From NCBI GenBank assembly GCA_951406725.2, contig OX597818.1, positions 27,858,001 through 27,920,000 of the forward strand: DNA of 62,000 nt, given 5' to 3'. Below are positions 23,466 to 37,290 of this stretch, in pieces (positions within the stretch are counted from its first letter, which is position 1; each line of letters starts with the position of its first letter). This stretch comes from Octopus vulgaris. Taxonomy: Eukaryota. Position numbers and translations under genes: made by a program. The notes beneath the pieces are model-generated. The model was not told the origin of the DNA. It did no database searches and saw only the letters and a list, made by a program, of their open reading frames with translations.

Positions 23466-24263
23466 AGGTCCATGTTTTCAGATGAACAAGAAGAACCTAG
23501 AACCTTGTAATATAGTAAATAACTCCTAGAACTGAATTAAATCGTGAGGGCAACCTAAGTCAGTCTCCTTGACATCATTTCATCGACACTTCTTGCAATC
23601 ACTACAGATTTGAACTAAATGCCTGATACCACCATAACATTATTGATCTCGGTTATATTCTGTAACTACATTGTTTTTGTATTCACAGCATCATAAAATT
23701 CTTGATTTATTTTAAACTTTCATGAATGTCTATCTATAATTAAACATTTGCACCAATGAAGTAAACTCAGTTAAATTTCTGTATTTCATTCCTCTTATAC
23801 GAGTCATCATCTGTTCAACATAATATGGAGATTTAACAACATGGCTATGAATATCATTGATTTTTCAAATATATTTTGGAATAATCCCTTAAAAAATTTT
23901 AAGAATTTGAATTCATCCCAATTTTCTACAAATGAGCAGCAATTATGATTGTGTTTTTGTTCATGTTAAACATATTCTTGAAACTATTTATAACTTCATG
24001 ATCAAAGTTTCTGATATTCATTTTACAGAAGTTCTTTATATACTTTCTACTATTTTACTTCATTAGTAGACTATTTTACTTTCTAAGATACAAGAACTTC
24101 ACTACTTTACTAACTTTTTTCTAAGATACAAGAACATTCGAATCTAAATTCTAAAACACATATTTGTAAAAGAAATCAAACTTGCAGCTTGTACATAAGT
24201 AAATGCATGTGCAAATATTTATCCAGATTCAGCAGACTCTCTCTTATATCTTACTACAGAATG

Positions 24264-24269
24264 AATAAA
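24264..24269 (+). promoter_or_regulatory. Candidate polyadenylation signal for the tail gene
   Basis: AATAAA followed about 22 nt later by a T-run/GT-rich element. Confidence 0.3.
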
Positions 24270-24535
24270 TGAATTGATATTTAAATGATATTTTTTTTTT
24301 GTGCTTCAGTTGGCTGAAAGCATATACTATGGTCTGTATAGACTCTCAAAACATGTAAAATTAATGCTTGTACATCAGCTGTATTCAGCTTGTATATCGG
24401 TGTCAATATATATAGAAAGGCATGGACAAGAAAGAAATTCTAGAGTATTAATTTTCTGAGAAGGAATGACTGAAGTATTATTTGATCCAGAATAAGAAAA
24501 CCAGTCACTGGAATGCAGTTTTAGGTATACTTATA

Positions 24536-25414
24536 TATGAGGTGGTATCAAAGGGCTTCCAGATTAGTTGTTTAATAAAAAATAGTTAAACAAAGTTTTA
24601 ACATCATCTTCTTTGAAATAGTCATCTAGCACAGCATTACATCAGTCCCAGTGTTCTTGCCACTTTTGGAATTTGGCCTGAAAGTTGTTTTCCAAAAGCA
24701 AGTTAAGGACCTTCTGAAGTTCACTCTAGATCTCAACAACAGTGTTAAATCATTGACCTTTGAGCTGTATTTTCATCTTGGGGAAGAGATGGAAGTATGC
24801 AGGTGCAGAAGCAATACCATGTTGTTTTTGGTGAGAAACTCATGAGCGAGGTGAGCTCAGTGACAGGGTGCATCATTGTCATGAAGAATCCAATTCTTTG
24901 CACTCCATGGATCCGGCCACTTTTGCTGAATGTCCTCCTTCAAATGCTTCAAAATGTCACAGTAGAACTCTTGATTGATGGTCTGGCCCTGGGGGATGAA
25001 TTCTCAATACACAATACCACGTCTCTTGGGGTGACACTTGTAGCAGATCTTCCAGGGATATTCTTCCACTTTTGAAGCAAAGTACCCATATCACTCAAAA
25101 CATTGCATACAACCCATTGCCTTGTCACTGTAAAGTTGCTGAAGCATGCTCAATGTCTCTGTAGCAGACTTCCCAAGTTTAACACAAAATTTCACATTGG
25201 CTCTTTGTTCCTGTTTATGAGAAAATCACAGACTACAGCATACATGTAACCACAAAAACATGAATTTCAGAACTTGCAAAGTAAACACAGTGATGTCACT
25301 CAGCACAATGCTTCAGGGAGGTCACTGCTAACTCTTACTTCACACATAACCATATGCTACTATCTGTTGGTGCACTACAGAACTAGTCCAGGGACTTTTT
25401 GATGCCACCTTGTG
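24536..25414 (-). mobile_element. Mariner transposon, internally deleted, both TIRs present
   Basis: ~34-bp TIRs; minus-strand WILHDD.APCH remnant. Confidence 0.8.
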
Positions 25415-26079
25415 TGTAAGGATCAATGGGAAAGATCATCAATGATTGTAGGTTTAACATCTGTTGTAATTTTGAGGGTTTTAACTGTGTTGTCCAAGAC
25501 TAGAGAGGTTGAAGTGTAAGATTGTTTCTTTGACTTAGTTTTAATCAGAGAATTTACACAGAAGGATTACTTTGCATTTGGATTGGTCACGATTTAACAT
25601 TTTTGAAAAATAGCAACACTTCAAATGTGGAAATAAGTTGGACAGAAATACAAAATTACATTAATTATGCAACTAAAATGGAGTCAAGAGATGTAGCAGG
25701 GCCAGAAAATTATTCAGGACTGACCAGTTGTGTTCAAGTAAGATTACATTGGATTACTAATCTCATATCTGCTAAATATGAGATTAGTAATACATATAAC
25801 TACAATATACTACAGCTATACACATACATGTACACATGCATATATAAACACATGCACACACAGATCATCTCTCTCTCTTTCTCTCTCACACACAGATCCA
25901 CTCTCTCTCTTTCTCTCTCACACACAGATCCACTATCTCTCTTTCCCCCTCTCTCTCTCTCTTTCTCTCTCTCACATATACACACACAAACACACACACA
26001 AGTTGTGCAGGATTGACTGGATGAAATTAATGACATTTAGTCTGAAAGATTGGTTGAGTGTTTGAAACAGTAACCAATG

Positions 26080-27130
26080 CACAATGAAGTGGTAACTGTT
26101 GTTTTATATTTTTATACTTGTCGTATCTGAAGGTAAGGGTAGTGCAGGACTTCTGAAATTGGTGACTTTGATGCTGTTAAAGTTCCATTTAATATGTTGC
26201 AAGGAGGGTGTAAGCAGGAAGAATAAGGCTGGTGTTCTGAGGAAGGTCTAAGTACAGTGGTTTGTTTCAGATCGGATGGGGTGGATGTATTAAGAGTGAT
26301 TAGAGGTGAAGAGATGACTAGGTCACTGATGTCTGAATGGTGAAATTACGAGATCAGCTAGTTTTGAGTGATTGAGGATATTAATGTAGCAAAAGACAGA
26401 GAGAAGAGACACTACATTTGTGGGCCAGTGACTAGTGCCTATCTTTCAATGATTGAATGTTATTTCGTCAAGTTGATCTTTGTGAATGTCTGTGTCCATA
26501 CTAGCAACATTGTTCCAAATGAGGGAACAGTATCCAGTGTGAACTTCACGTGAGGCCTTGTTGATTGTCAGATGTTGTTGGGGTCTGAAATATTTCCTAG
26601 CTCTGAAGGGAACAACTAGTACTTGGGACTTGGTTGTAGCTTTGCTAAGGATGTGCTTTCATCAGGTAAAGCCCAGCATTTCATAGTAAAGCCCAGCATT
26701 TGAAGGTACTGAAAGGGTATGAGCAGAGAGGGAGTATGGTGCAGCAGGTTTTTCTTGATATTAGAAGTGCTGACATTTTCATTTTTTTTTTTCTATTAAA
26801 AAAGAGAAAGTTAGCAAGTCTCCTCTGAAAAATCCTCTCAATGACCCCATTTATGGAAGCAGTGCAAGTTTTGCTCTATAAAGTCATGTTTATATGTGGC
26901 TGATCCATGGTTGGAGAAAGTTAGGGAGGTTTAACAGGTTATGTTATCTGTATAAGAGTAAATTTGTTGGATGTGGGGTAAAATAGGTTTTGATGTATAC
27001 GCAGAAGAGAATTAGGTAACAAAAGTAAATCTTGGATAGCACCAGAATTGATTGAGAGTAGAGCACAAAGAGCTCCATCAACATGTGTCATGAACAGCAT
27101 CCAAGAGATGAGATGATTGAGTCCATAGAC
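26080..27130 (-). mobile_element. Highly decayed LINE endonuclease-like fragment
   Basis: Scattered minus-strand AP-endonuclease-like motifs only. Confidence 0.3.
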
Positions 27131-27229
27131 AGGATGTTTAGATAGGTAATCATATGCAAAAGGAGTAAAGGCACAGAGAATTGGTAAAGTGTTCCTTTAG
27201 AATAACACTTCTTGTACTTCTTCATTAGA

Positions 27230-27700
27230 AGCAAATAATGGTTTCGAAGCTAAGTACTGTCATGGAGGTCTTAATTGAGGAGGGATATAGCCTGTTTGAT
27301 ATCTGTAGAAGGCTACACATTGTTTACAGAGATAACACCATGGATAAGAGCAATGTACACAGATGGATGAAGAAGATTAATGAAAAGAAAACCAGCACTG
27401 AAAACCACACAGTTAGAGACCATAAACTATTACTACTGACTCAAATCACCAGTGAATAGATGAATTGATTCAGGCAAACAGATGGGTTACAATCCATAAA
27501 CTTGCTGAACAACTGGACTGTGGTGAGAGTGCACTGAAAACGATAATGGTAGACTTTAGATAACAGAAAGTATGAGCAGAATGGGTTCCTCAACAGTTTT
27601 GATATAATTTGAAGATCGATCAAAACTGCTCTACTCTGCTGGAATCATTTCAAGCATTTGAAATCAATGAAGACATGCTTTATATGAAGAAAAAGAAAAA
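27230..27700 (+). mobile_element. Mariner transposase N-terminal fragment
   Basis: ICRRLHIVYRDNTMDKSNVHRW HTH-like region. Confidence 0.65.
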
Positions 27701-27714
27701 ATTCGAGTATGCGC

Positions 27715-28130
27715 TGACTTTTCAACAGGCTTGAACAAATGTTTGATGACATACAATTACCCATTACCAAGTCTAGAAGAAATTTTTGCAAAACTCAATG
27801 GAGGAAAATTATTTTCGAAGTTGGATTTGTCTGAGGTGTATTTACAGTTACAAGTCAAGGAGAAATGTTCAAAATTATTAACAATAAACACCCATAAAGG
27901 TTTATATAAATTCAGTCGACTTCCTTTTGGGATAAAGGTAGCACCTAGTATTTTCCAACAGGTGATGGACACTATGCTTATGGATACGGATTTCACTATA
28001 GCTTACTTGGATGACATACTCATAAAAAGTGAGTCTTTAGGAACATGTTAAAAAGGTCTTTGAAAGAATAAAGAATTATGAATTTAAACATAGCAAGGAA
28101 AAATGCGAAATTTTCATGCCAGAAATAAAG
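27715..28130 (+). mobile_element. Ty3/gypsy reverse transcriptase fragment
   Basis: YPLPSLEEIF, FSKLDLS, RLPFGIKVAPSIFQ, AYLDDILI. Confidence 0.9.
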
Positions 28131-28386
28131 GAAAGTGAAGCTCAAAAAGTGGAGATGTTGGGGTGAAATCCTGACACCCCTGCGGGATAGCAAGTGAACT
28201 GTCCTAAGCCTTATAAAGGTGCATGCATACTGACAGTGTGAGGTATAGTCTGGTGTGTGCAGTTGCATTTGTGATGACAGCTGTAGAAGTCATTGAGAAG
28301 AGACATAAGTTTGCTATGTATTTGTTACTGGTTTGGTTTTTGTAGTGTTATAACAGTTACAGAGTAGTCTATATCCAAACTCAAGG

Positions 28387-28389
<3 letters not shown>

Positions 28390-28483
<94 letters not shown>
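28390..28483. repeat. (AAT)n microsatellite
   Basis: Directly visible. Confidence 0.95.
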
Positions 28484-28670
28484 CTTCTCTACTCTAGGCA
28501 CAAAGCCTGAAATTTTGGGGGAGGGGGCCAGTCGATTAGATCGACCCCAGGATGCAACTGGTACTTAATTTATCAACCCCGAACAGATGAAAGGCAAAGT
28601 CGACCTCAGCGGAATTTGAACTCAGAATGTAAAGACAGACATGCTAATTTTTCTGCCAGCTCACTGCCTT
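28484..28670 (-). mobile_element. SINE with conserved GTCGAC..CCTTTCATCC..GTCGATAAA core
   Basis: Homologous to 38200-38400 (+) and 59305-59500 (-). Confidence 0.65.
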
Positions 28671-28684
28671 AATAATAATAATAG

Positions 28685-29052
28685 TAAAAAATTTGTAACC
28701 CAAAGTAATTCTAATGTGGAATCTAAAGACAAGCAAAAGATCAGGAAATACAGGTAACTTGAATGTGAAGTTTAAAAACAGAAACATTTTCTATCATAGT
28801 AGGCACATTAGGTATGATAAAAAATATTCAGACAAATGCATAACAAATACATCAGGACTAACAAGTATATATAACATACAGAAAATAGCACTACTAGGCA
28901 CTGAGACATCCTACATAAAACACTTTCAATACAGTAAAAATAAGAGCATCACAACAAATCACAGCACATACCCAAGGCACACAGAGCTGAGCTTGGTAGT
29001 GCAGTGAAAGCACAACATAAAAATAAAACTACTGAATAATAATAATAATGAT
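28685..29052 (+). mobile_element. 3' end of a Dong/R4-type LINE with (AAT)n tail
   Basis: MWNLKT...IVGTLG...IQKIALLGT remnant; flanked by AAT repeats. Confidence 0.65.
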
Positions 29053-29309
29053 TATTTGCCGATATAATGTGGCAGTCCTGGTTAGGACAATTGTTACTGT
29101 TATTTAGCCCCAGGAAGCATCGTCTTCAGCTGGTTATATGACATACTATCTACATCCTTATATTTTCAAACAAGGTAGTTTAGTGTCCCCACTCAACACA
29201 AAGCAATGTCTGTATACCATTAGTTTCTGGGTTATTTCTCTTCATCAGCACAGAATAACCGCTTGGCTGAAGATGGCGCCACTAAATATATACTTTCCAA
29301 AGTGACACA

Positions 29310-31955
29310 TAGTCACTGATCTAATAAAAGGAAGTACTGAAGATGAAAAACCTAATGCAGAGGAAGCTGCAAAGTTCTGGAGTAATATTTGGGATAAACC
29401 AGTCAATCATAATGGAGATACAGCATGGTTAAAGAAAGTGAAGGAAGAAGTAGTGAGTGAGAAGCAACCAAATCTAAGACTGACTAGTGCATTAATGAGT
29501 GAAGTGTTATGAAAAATGCTGAATTGGAAGGGCTCAGGACCAGATTTAGTTCAAAGGTACTGGCTAAAGAAATTCAGTTGTTTACATGGAAAGCTGTGGG
29601 AACAACTTCAGGATTACCTTAATAGAGGAATAATACCAGATTGGATGACTAAAGGGAGGACAATATTCATTATGAAGGATAAGAGCAAGTGTAATACAGC
29701 TAGCAACAATAGACCAGTCACTTGTTTACCATTAGTGTGGAAGCTGTTAACAGGAATGCTTTCAGAAAGTATTTACAAGCACCTAGACCACCAGAATTTA
29801 CTGCCAGAAAGATAGAAAGGTTGCAGGAAGAAGGCTAGATGAATGCATGATCTATTACATATATACAAATCAGTTCTAAATAAAGTAAAAACTAGAGAGA
29901 AAAATCTAACAATGACATGGATAGATTATAGGAAAGCCTATGAGATGATTTCACACTCATGGATAAGTGAATGCTTAAGTATATTCAGTATAACAGACAA
30001 CATAAGAGAATTAATTAGCTTTAGAAATGGAAAGTAGATCTCTACTCAGGTGACACACTCTTTGGGAAAGTTAAGTTCAAAAGAGGAATTTTCCAAGAGG
30101 ACTTGTTATTCCCTTTAATATTTGTCTTATGTTTGATCCCCCTCCGTTTAGTATTAAGAAAGGCTAAAGTAGGATATCAGCTCAGAAATAGTAACGGAAA
30201 AATTAACCATTTGCACTACATGAATGATCAGAAACTTTTTAGTATGAATGAAAAAGAGATAGAATTCTTGATACAGACTGTAAGACTCTTCAGCAAAGAT
30301 ACAGGCATGGAATTTGGCATAGATAAGTGTGCAATATTAGTCATGAGAAGGGGGCAGATAGTCAACAACAAAGGCATCCAATTACCAGATGGCCAGACAT
30401 TAAAATCATTGAAAGGAGGAGTTATAAGTAACTAGGAGTATTAGAATTTGACAGAGTACTAATTACAGAAATGAAAATGAAAATTGAGAAGGAGTACATC
30501 AGAAGGGTGAGGAAGCTAATGAAGTCAAAACTGAATGGTCCAAGTCTAGTGAATCTATGCCAGAAACTGAATTAGCAAAGCTAGACAGAAGAACTAGGAA
30601 GGAATTCAATATGAATGGAGGATGCCACCCAAGGGCATGAGTAGCAAGATTATAACTACCTAGAAAGGAAGGTGGAAGAGGGTTAATATCAATAGAAGAT
30701 TGCATGGAGTTAGCCGCAGTAGATATAAACTCCTACGTAGGTAAAAATGAAGAAAGTTTATTAAAAGCTGCTAGAGTCACAGCAAGACAGGGAAATCAAA
30801 ACACCAAACGAAATTAAAAACCAGAAATTACCTGACTGGCAGGAAAAAGCATTGAATGATAGATTCCCAAAGACAGTTTCAGCAAGTAGTAGTAGTGTGA
30901 CATGGTTATAGCTGCAGAAAGGAAAGCCAAAGAGGGATTCAGAAAGTTTGTTAGTCACTGCATAAGATCAAGCATTAAGGACTAATTGGGTAAACGCCAA
31001 GATAGACAAAAACCAAAAGGGACAAATGAAGAAAATGGATACCAAGACCAGAAAATGTTGACAGTACATGGAGCCTTCCACCCTAAGAGTGATACTGATA
31101 GGCTGTACATGTCCAGAAGAAAGAATGGGAGAGGTTTGATCAGTTGCCAGGACTGTACTGAAGCAGAGGAAAACAGCCTAGAATGGTATATAAAAAATGC
31201 TTTGCAGCCACTGTTGGAAAATATGCAGAAGGCCAGCATCATCAAAACTGAAAATTGTATAACTAAAGAAAAATTTAAGCAAGAAAGAATAAATGAAAAT
31301 GCATGGAAGAAAAAAAAATGTACAGTCAGTTTGCAAGAGATGTGAATGCCAAGACAGATTGAGAGGACCGGTGGCTATGAAAGAGGAGGAGTGACCTGAA
31401 GATAGAGACAGAAGCATTTATATGTTCAGCTCAGGAACAAGCATTAAGGGCTAATTATATGAAGTGCAGAACTAACAACACTCCCAGTAGCGACAAATGC
31501 AGAATGTGTGGTGAGAGGAGGGAAACAGTATGACACATCATTAGCAGATGCTTGAAACTGGCACAAAGCGAATACAAATGACACTATAACAATGTAACAA
31601 GAATGATCCATTGGGAGCTCTGAGGAAATGACGGCCTACAAAGAGTGAAGATGTAGTATGAGCAAACCCCAGAAGGAGTCACTGAAAATGAGAACTACAA
31701 ACTCCTGTGGGGTGTAATGATCCAGTGCAATCACCTGACCACAAATAGGAAACTGGACATTGTTGTGGTGAATAAAAAAGAAAGAACATATATGGTTATT
31801 GACATAGCATGCCTTGGTGACAGCAGGATCAGTGTGAAAGAAGAAAAAATAAACAACTATGACAATTTAAAGTGAGGAATCCGAAGGTTGTGGTCAATGA
31901 AGAGAGTACACATGATGCCAATAGTAATTGGTGCACTTGGAAGTATCAACGTAAT
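29310..31955 (+). mobile_element. Decayed Dong/R4-clade LINE (RT, CCHC finger, restriction-like endonuclease)
   Basis: WKGSGPD, RPVTCLP, GIFQED, HLHYMND, CRMCG..HII..C, LDIVV, IDIAC, PIVIGALG. Confidence 0.85.
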
Positions 31956-33474
31956 GAGTTTTCCTGTTGTTTGATTAGCTGAACTAGTCATTCATTGAAT
32001 TATATTGTAAGTGGCTGAGTATTCCACAGATATATGTATTCTTAGTATAATCTTTAAGCAGAATCAGCACATTACTGAGAGTGAGCAGTATTACTGGTCC
32101 AGCCAATTGGATGAGGTTTCACACAGCTTCTGTCTACCCAGTTTCTCTCTCAAGGATTTGGTCAAGTTGAAACTATGGTAAAAGGCACTTGTCCAAGACT
32201 CCACAGAGTAGCATTGAATCTGGGATCTCATGATTTGGAAGGGAACTTCATAACCACTTAGCCATACCTTTTTCCATACATACACTACAAACATGCATTA
32301 ACACACACATACACACACACACACACACACACAAACATATACACGTTGACTTTATTATGACACTATAATACTCACAGTGAAATTTAATAAAAGAAGCTAT
32401 AAACTTCTGAATTTATGTTGTTTCAATTAAATTATCTTGGAAATGTAGCTGATAGTTACAAAATAGTTAATTATTTTTATTATCTTTTCTCCCCTCAAAC
32501 TTTAACTTTTAGACATTATCAAACAAAAAAAATCTAGTTTTCCTTCTTGATATGCTTTAATAGTCACAGAAGATAGATATTTGAGACTGAAATCCATATA
32601 TCCATATATGATGTATAGAATGTTAGTAATTGTAGATTATCTGAAAGCCTATCCTTTATTTTTAGTCATTATGACAATTATTAACTGAATTTGATTTTCT
32701 AAAATAAGCATAAAATAATTGTTTGAGATTACAAGTAGAATGATGTGTGTTGGTGAATTTCCCCACAGTGACCTTGACTTAAGTAGATCAATTGAAACCA
32801 TTATAAATTATATGGCTATGTGTTTTAACAATTGTTACAACAACAATGAATTTAACTTATATATGAAAGATAATTTGCTAGTTCCTGAATAAACCTCATG
32901 TTTCACTACTAAGAATATCCACAATGTACTCATTAGCTGTTTAAGTTATTTATTTATATTCATCCATTTATTTAGAATACAAATCAATGGTCAGTTACTG
33001 ACCATTCAATGTTGGAGTGATTGATATATCTGTTTGTTGTCTTGATTCGGTAATCCTATTCAACTCTAACTTCTCAGCTACCATGTCCCAATAATCTGCT
33101 GTCATTAGTTGAAACGTTAGCATTAGAAAAGATAACAGTTGCTCTAAATATTCTTCCAGATTTGTACATCTAAAATCAAATAAACTAATCTTGAAAAGAT
33201 ATCAGATTAAAAATTTTCAGAAGAAGCAAAAACAAACATATATAATCAACTTTTAAAGTATAAATCTCCATTAATTTTTTAAGGTTCATTTATATTACAT
33301 TGTTCAGGAAATAGTGTCTGGTTTTTTGAAAACATTTTTTCAAATTCGATTTAAGATGATATTTTTGTTATGTTTTAGATGAAATTTTATGTGCTTAATA
33401 ATTGCTGTGCATTCTTTAATAAATTCTTATTTATTTCTTTCAGAATATAATTTTGGAGTGTAGAAATCCTGAGG

Positions 33475-33850
33475 AAAGAAGAATGCATTTACTTTTTTCG
33501 CATGAATTCGAGCTTGGACATAATGCTTCCCAAACAACCACCAATATCAAAAGAGCATGAGGTGAAGGATCCACTAGTGATTGGAAAGTACAACAGTAGT
33601 TTGAGAGAGTCCATAGTGGGGATGAGACTCTTGAAGATCAAGAAGGTAGAGGACATTTATTCACCCTTGATGATCAGCTTTTGAAAACAATTGTCAAACA
33701 AAATACACTACAAAGTATCAGAGAAATGTCTCATATGCTTGGTGTCAGTGCTTCAACAGTATCAGATCACATCAAAAAAATTGGCAAAGTGAAAAACTTG
33801 ATAAATGGGTCCCACATGACCGCAATGAAAATTGAAGACTTCAGCATTTT
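33475..33850 (+). mobile_element. Mariner transposase N-terminal fragment
   Basis: HEFELGHNAS...SGDETLED...IREMSHMLGVSASTVSDHIKKIGKVK. Confidence 0.75.
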
Positions 33851-34074
33851 GAAGTGTATTTGGTACTCTCTCTACAAAACTCTAATGTGTGTGTATGTGT
33901 GTGTTTGTCTCCACCACCTTTTGAAAACTGGGGTCGGTTTGTTTGAGTAAAACCTTCAAGGTAGTGCCCCATCATGACTGCTGTCCAATGATTGAAACAA
34001 GCAAAAGTTAAAAGATAAGAGGTATTTACATAATACTAATGACAGTTGCTAACATAAGCACAATGTTAATTTAA

Positions 34075-34440
34075 TTAGCATGTGTGGTAAGAAGCTTGCT
34101 TCCCAACCACATAGTTCTGGACTCAGTCCCACTGCATGGTACTTTGGGCAAGTGTCTTCTACTATAGTCTCGGGCTGACCAAAGCCTTGTGAGTGGATCA
34201 GATAGACAGAAACAGAAAGAAGCCTGTCATATATATATGTATACATTTGTGTGTCTATGTTTGTCCCCCCCACTCCATTGCTTGACAACTGATGATGGTG
34301 TGTTTACATCCCTGTAATGTAGTAGTTCAGCAAAAGAGACCAATAGAATAAGAACTAGTCTTACAAAGAATAAGTCCCGGGGTTGATTTGTTAGGCTAAA
34401 GGTGGTGTTCCAACGTGGACTAAGTCAAAAGACTGAAACG
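34075..34440 (+). mobile_element. tRNA-derived SINE (CORE-like centre)
   Basis: ggtaagaagcttgcttcccaaccac...ttgggcaagtgtcttctactatag. Confidence 0.65.
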
Positions 34441-34949
34441 AATAAAAGAATGAAAGAATACCTAACTATAGAAGAAAAAGCATAGAGGAGATAGAAATCA
34501 GATCAATTATGAAGAATAGCTTAGAATATGAGGTGTTCAACCAGGAAATAGTCTGCCTTCTGGTTATATTGAGGCATACATAGATTTTAATCTATGTCTG
34601 TTGGTATTGTATGTACACTTGCATGTATCTATGCACACATGCACGTGCACATATATATATATTATATGCATATACATATATGTATATACACTTATTATCT
34701 GCTAAGTAAGTTGTTACAAAGAAGTAAATTGTTAGACTGGTGTTCTATTTTCCTGTGAACCAATTGCATAACCATCAAATTTCCTTAAGGAAAATGACAA
34801 GTTGATTATTGAGAGCATAATCAGTACCATAGAGAGATTGTAATCTTACAATATATCTCAGTGACAAGAGGGCCACTTCCTTGGGGGTCGATGTAATCAA
34901 CTTCAGAATTGTGACCCAGAATAAAGTTAGGTTCTTTATGACCTTAATA

Positions 34950-35610
34950 ATGGCATCCATGAGTTGAGAACAATTGAATGCTTCTTGTAATCTAACCAGA
35001 GCATGACCAAGTTCTTCTTATGCTACTACACATGACATCATAATTCTGTTAATCAAGAACTGTTCAACACATCCCCAAACTTCTTTTCAGCTGCTTGTTC
35101 AGCTGTGACGTTATTATAACAACCAGAGTGTCTTGGAAGAAGTTCAAACAGGCTGTATAGATTTTATACATTAAATTCTGGCATGTAATTGGTTGGTAGT
35201 TTCACAATGTGAGTGGCATCATTATGAGACATCAGTTTTGTTTCTGTCAGCACCAACCAGGTTAGTTTGTTTATAGCTCCTCCGGGAGCTTACATATAAA
35301 TGCCAATAAAATTCTTTTGCCAATGAAATTCTTTTGGTTGAATTGTAGCTATTTTGTACTAATCTTTGGTAATCAGGTTCCTTCCTGATGCTTTCCTATC
35401 CTGAAGTATTTGAACAACAGTCTCAATAGTCTCATTTCATATGCTGTATGCATTTTTAATGCTATAATTTGGAGACAATTTTTTTTCAGATTTCTCCTAG
35501 CCACTCTATGGTCTGATTAAACTCCCTTACTTGACTCCAGATTTTTTTTCCAGAATGACTCAGTACTGTCACAAAAAGGAGTCTGTTTGACATTTATTCA
35601 TTGTCCTCAC
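34950..35610 (-). mobile_element. Decayed mariner fragment
   Basis: Minus-strand remnants of the mariner N-terminal/WVP region. Confidence 0.45.
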
Positions 35611-35654
35611 ATATCCATGTAAATTGCTGGTTGGTTTTGATTAAATGTATTCAT

Positions 35655-36090
35655 CATCATCATCATTGTCATGATCATCCTTTAACGTCTGTTCTTCATG
35701 CTGGCATGGGTTAGGCAGTTTGACCAGGGATGGTAAGCAGGAGAGCTGCACCAGGTTCCAGTCTGATTTGGTTTAGTTTCTATGGTTGAATGGCCTTCCT
35801 CACATTAACCGTTTTGCAGAGTGTGCTGGATGCTTTTAATGTGGCACCTGCATGTGTGCTTTTTATGTGACACTGGCACAGGGCTCTTGCAGTCCAATCC
35901 TCTCCTTCAGGAGGAGCGGCATTAAGACTTTTGTTGTGGAGAATGGTTCTTCTTGAGTACAGCAAAATGCCAGATATTTCATTCTTTGTCATCCCCTCAG
36001 CATGGGTCAGTGTCCTGAAGTCACCCTTCAATACTTCATACCATGTCTTCTTAGGTCTCCCTCTTCCATGAGTTTCAATCTCTTTAAGTG
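35655..36090 (-). mobile_element. RTE LINE 3' end
   Basis: HGRGRPKKTW on the minus strand followed by the family 3' UTR. Confidence 0.7.
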
Positions 36091-36892
36091 AGCAGAGCTT
36101 CAAGATTGTTAATTATTATTTTCTTTTAGCTGTTTTCTTCTGATGTCAGAGTTTTTCTTATTTGCATGTCTTCCCTTTTAATCATCTCCAAGCATTGTTT
36201 GTATTTTATTTTCCCTTCTCTGCTCGATGACATCATCATCATCATTTAACGTCCATGTTCATGCTGCTATGGGTTGGACGGTTTGACTAGGGCTGGTAAG
36301 CTGAGGGGCTGCACCAGGTTCTAGTCTGATTTAGTATGGTTTCTATGGTTGGATACCCTTCTGAATGCCAACCATTCTGAAAGTGTAATGGATGCTTTTA
36401 CATACCACTGGCATGGGTGCTAGTTGTGTGACACCAGTATCTGCCATGATACTGGTGTCATACAACAAGCACCTGTGCCATTGACATGTAAAAGCACTCA
36501 TTATGTAAGTATGGTTATTTGTGTGTGCTACACAATATCCCATAACTGATAGTTCTCCAGATATCCTCCCCTAATTTCTTTAAGCAACATTAGAATTACT
36601 ACTTTTTTATTTATGTTGAGGTCTTTTCTGCAGTTGGTGTTTTAAAAATAAAGTAATCTTCTCTTGAAAGATTTCACAGAGACAACAATTCAAGAGTTTA
36701 TACTCTTCACTCGTCTAGTTCAGTATATTGTTTATCATCACTGTTATTGGGTTTTTTGGCAGCATATTGAGGACAACCAGTTTGGTTAAATGATAGTATT
36801 GGTCAGCCTGATTTTTAGGCAGCATAGTACTAGCACAGACTTGGTTTGTTAATGAATGCATGCCTGATGTAGGAGAACATTCACATGGTGTT

Positions 36893-37290
36893 ATTACCTC
36901 CACCAAGGAAGGAGATTATGTTTTCATTGGCATTGGTTTGTTTGTCTTTGTGCAAAATAACTCAAAATGTTGTTAATGGTATTTGATGAAACTTGCAGGA
37001 AAAGTTGATAATGACACAAGGAACAGATGATGAAATTTTGGTAGAGATCCGGAAATTTCTATGGATTCTTGAAGGACTTTTCATTTGTTATATTTACTTT
37101 ACTTGAAGTATTAGTTACATACTTTGATTATCTCCCTTGAAAACGCGTTCATCATTTTCAGGTAACCTATGGAGGCGTTGCTGCTTCCAAACTTTATTTT
37201 CATTTCTCTATTAGTAATTTTACTTGCATATCTATCTTAAAATGAGCTGCTTGGCGGAGATCTGTGCTCTCCAGGTGCTTTTCTAGTTTG
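36893..37290 (+). mobile_element. Non-autonomous Helentron/DINE-like element
   Basis: 5' attacctccaccaaggaagg; 3' ttggcggagatctgtgctctccaggtgcttttctagtt. Confidence 0.45.

Noticed and set aside
23455-23529. Longer phase-0 reading of the terminal exon (VTSEGPCFQMNKKNLEPCNIVNNS*)
   Set aside because: All upstream cassettes end in phase 1; no supported phase-0 donor was found.
33444-33850. Strong acceptor followed by open sequence
   Set aside because: Downstream sequence is a mariner transposase remnant with stops.
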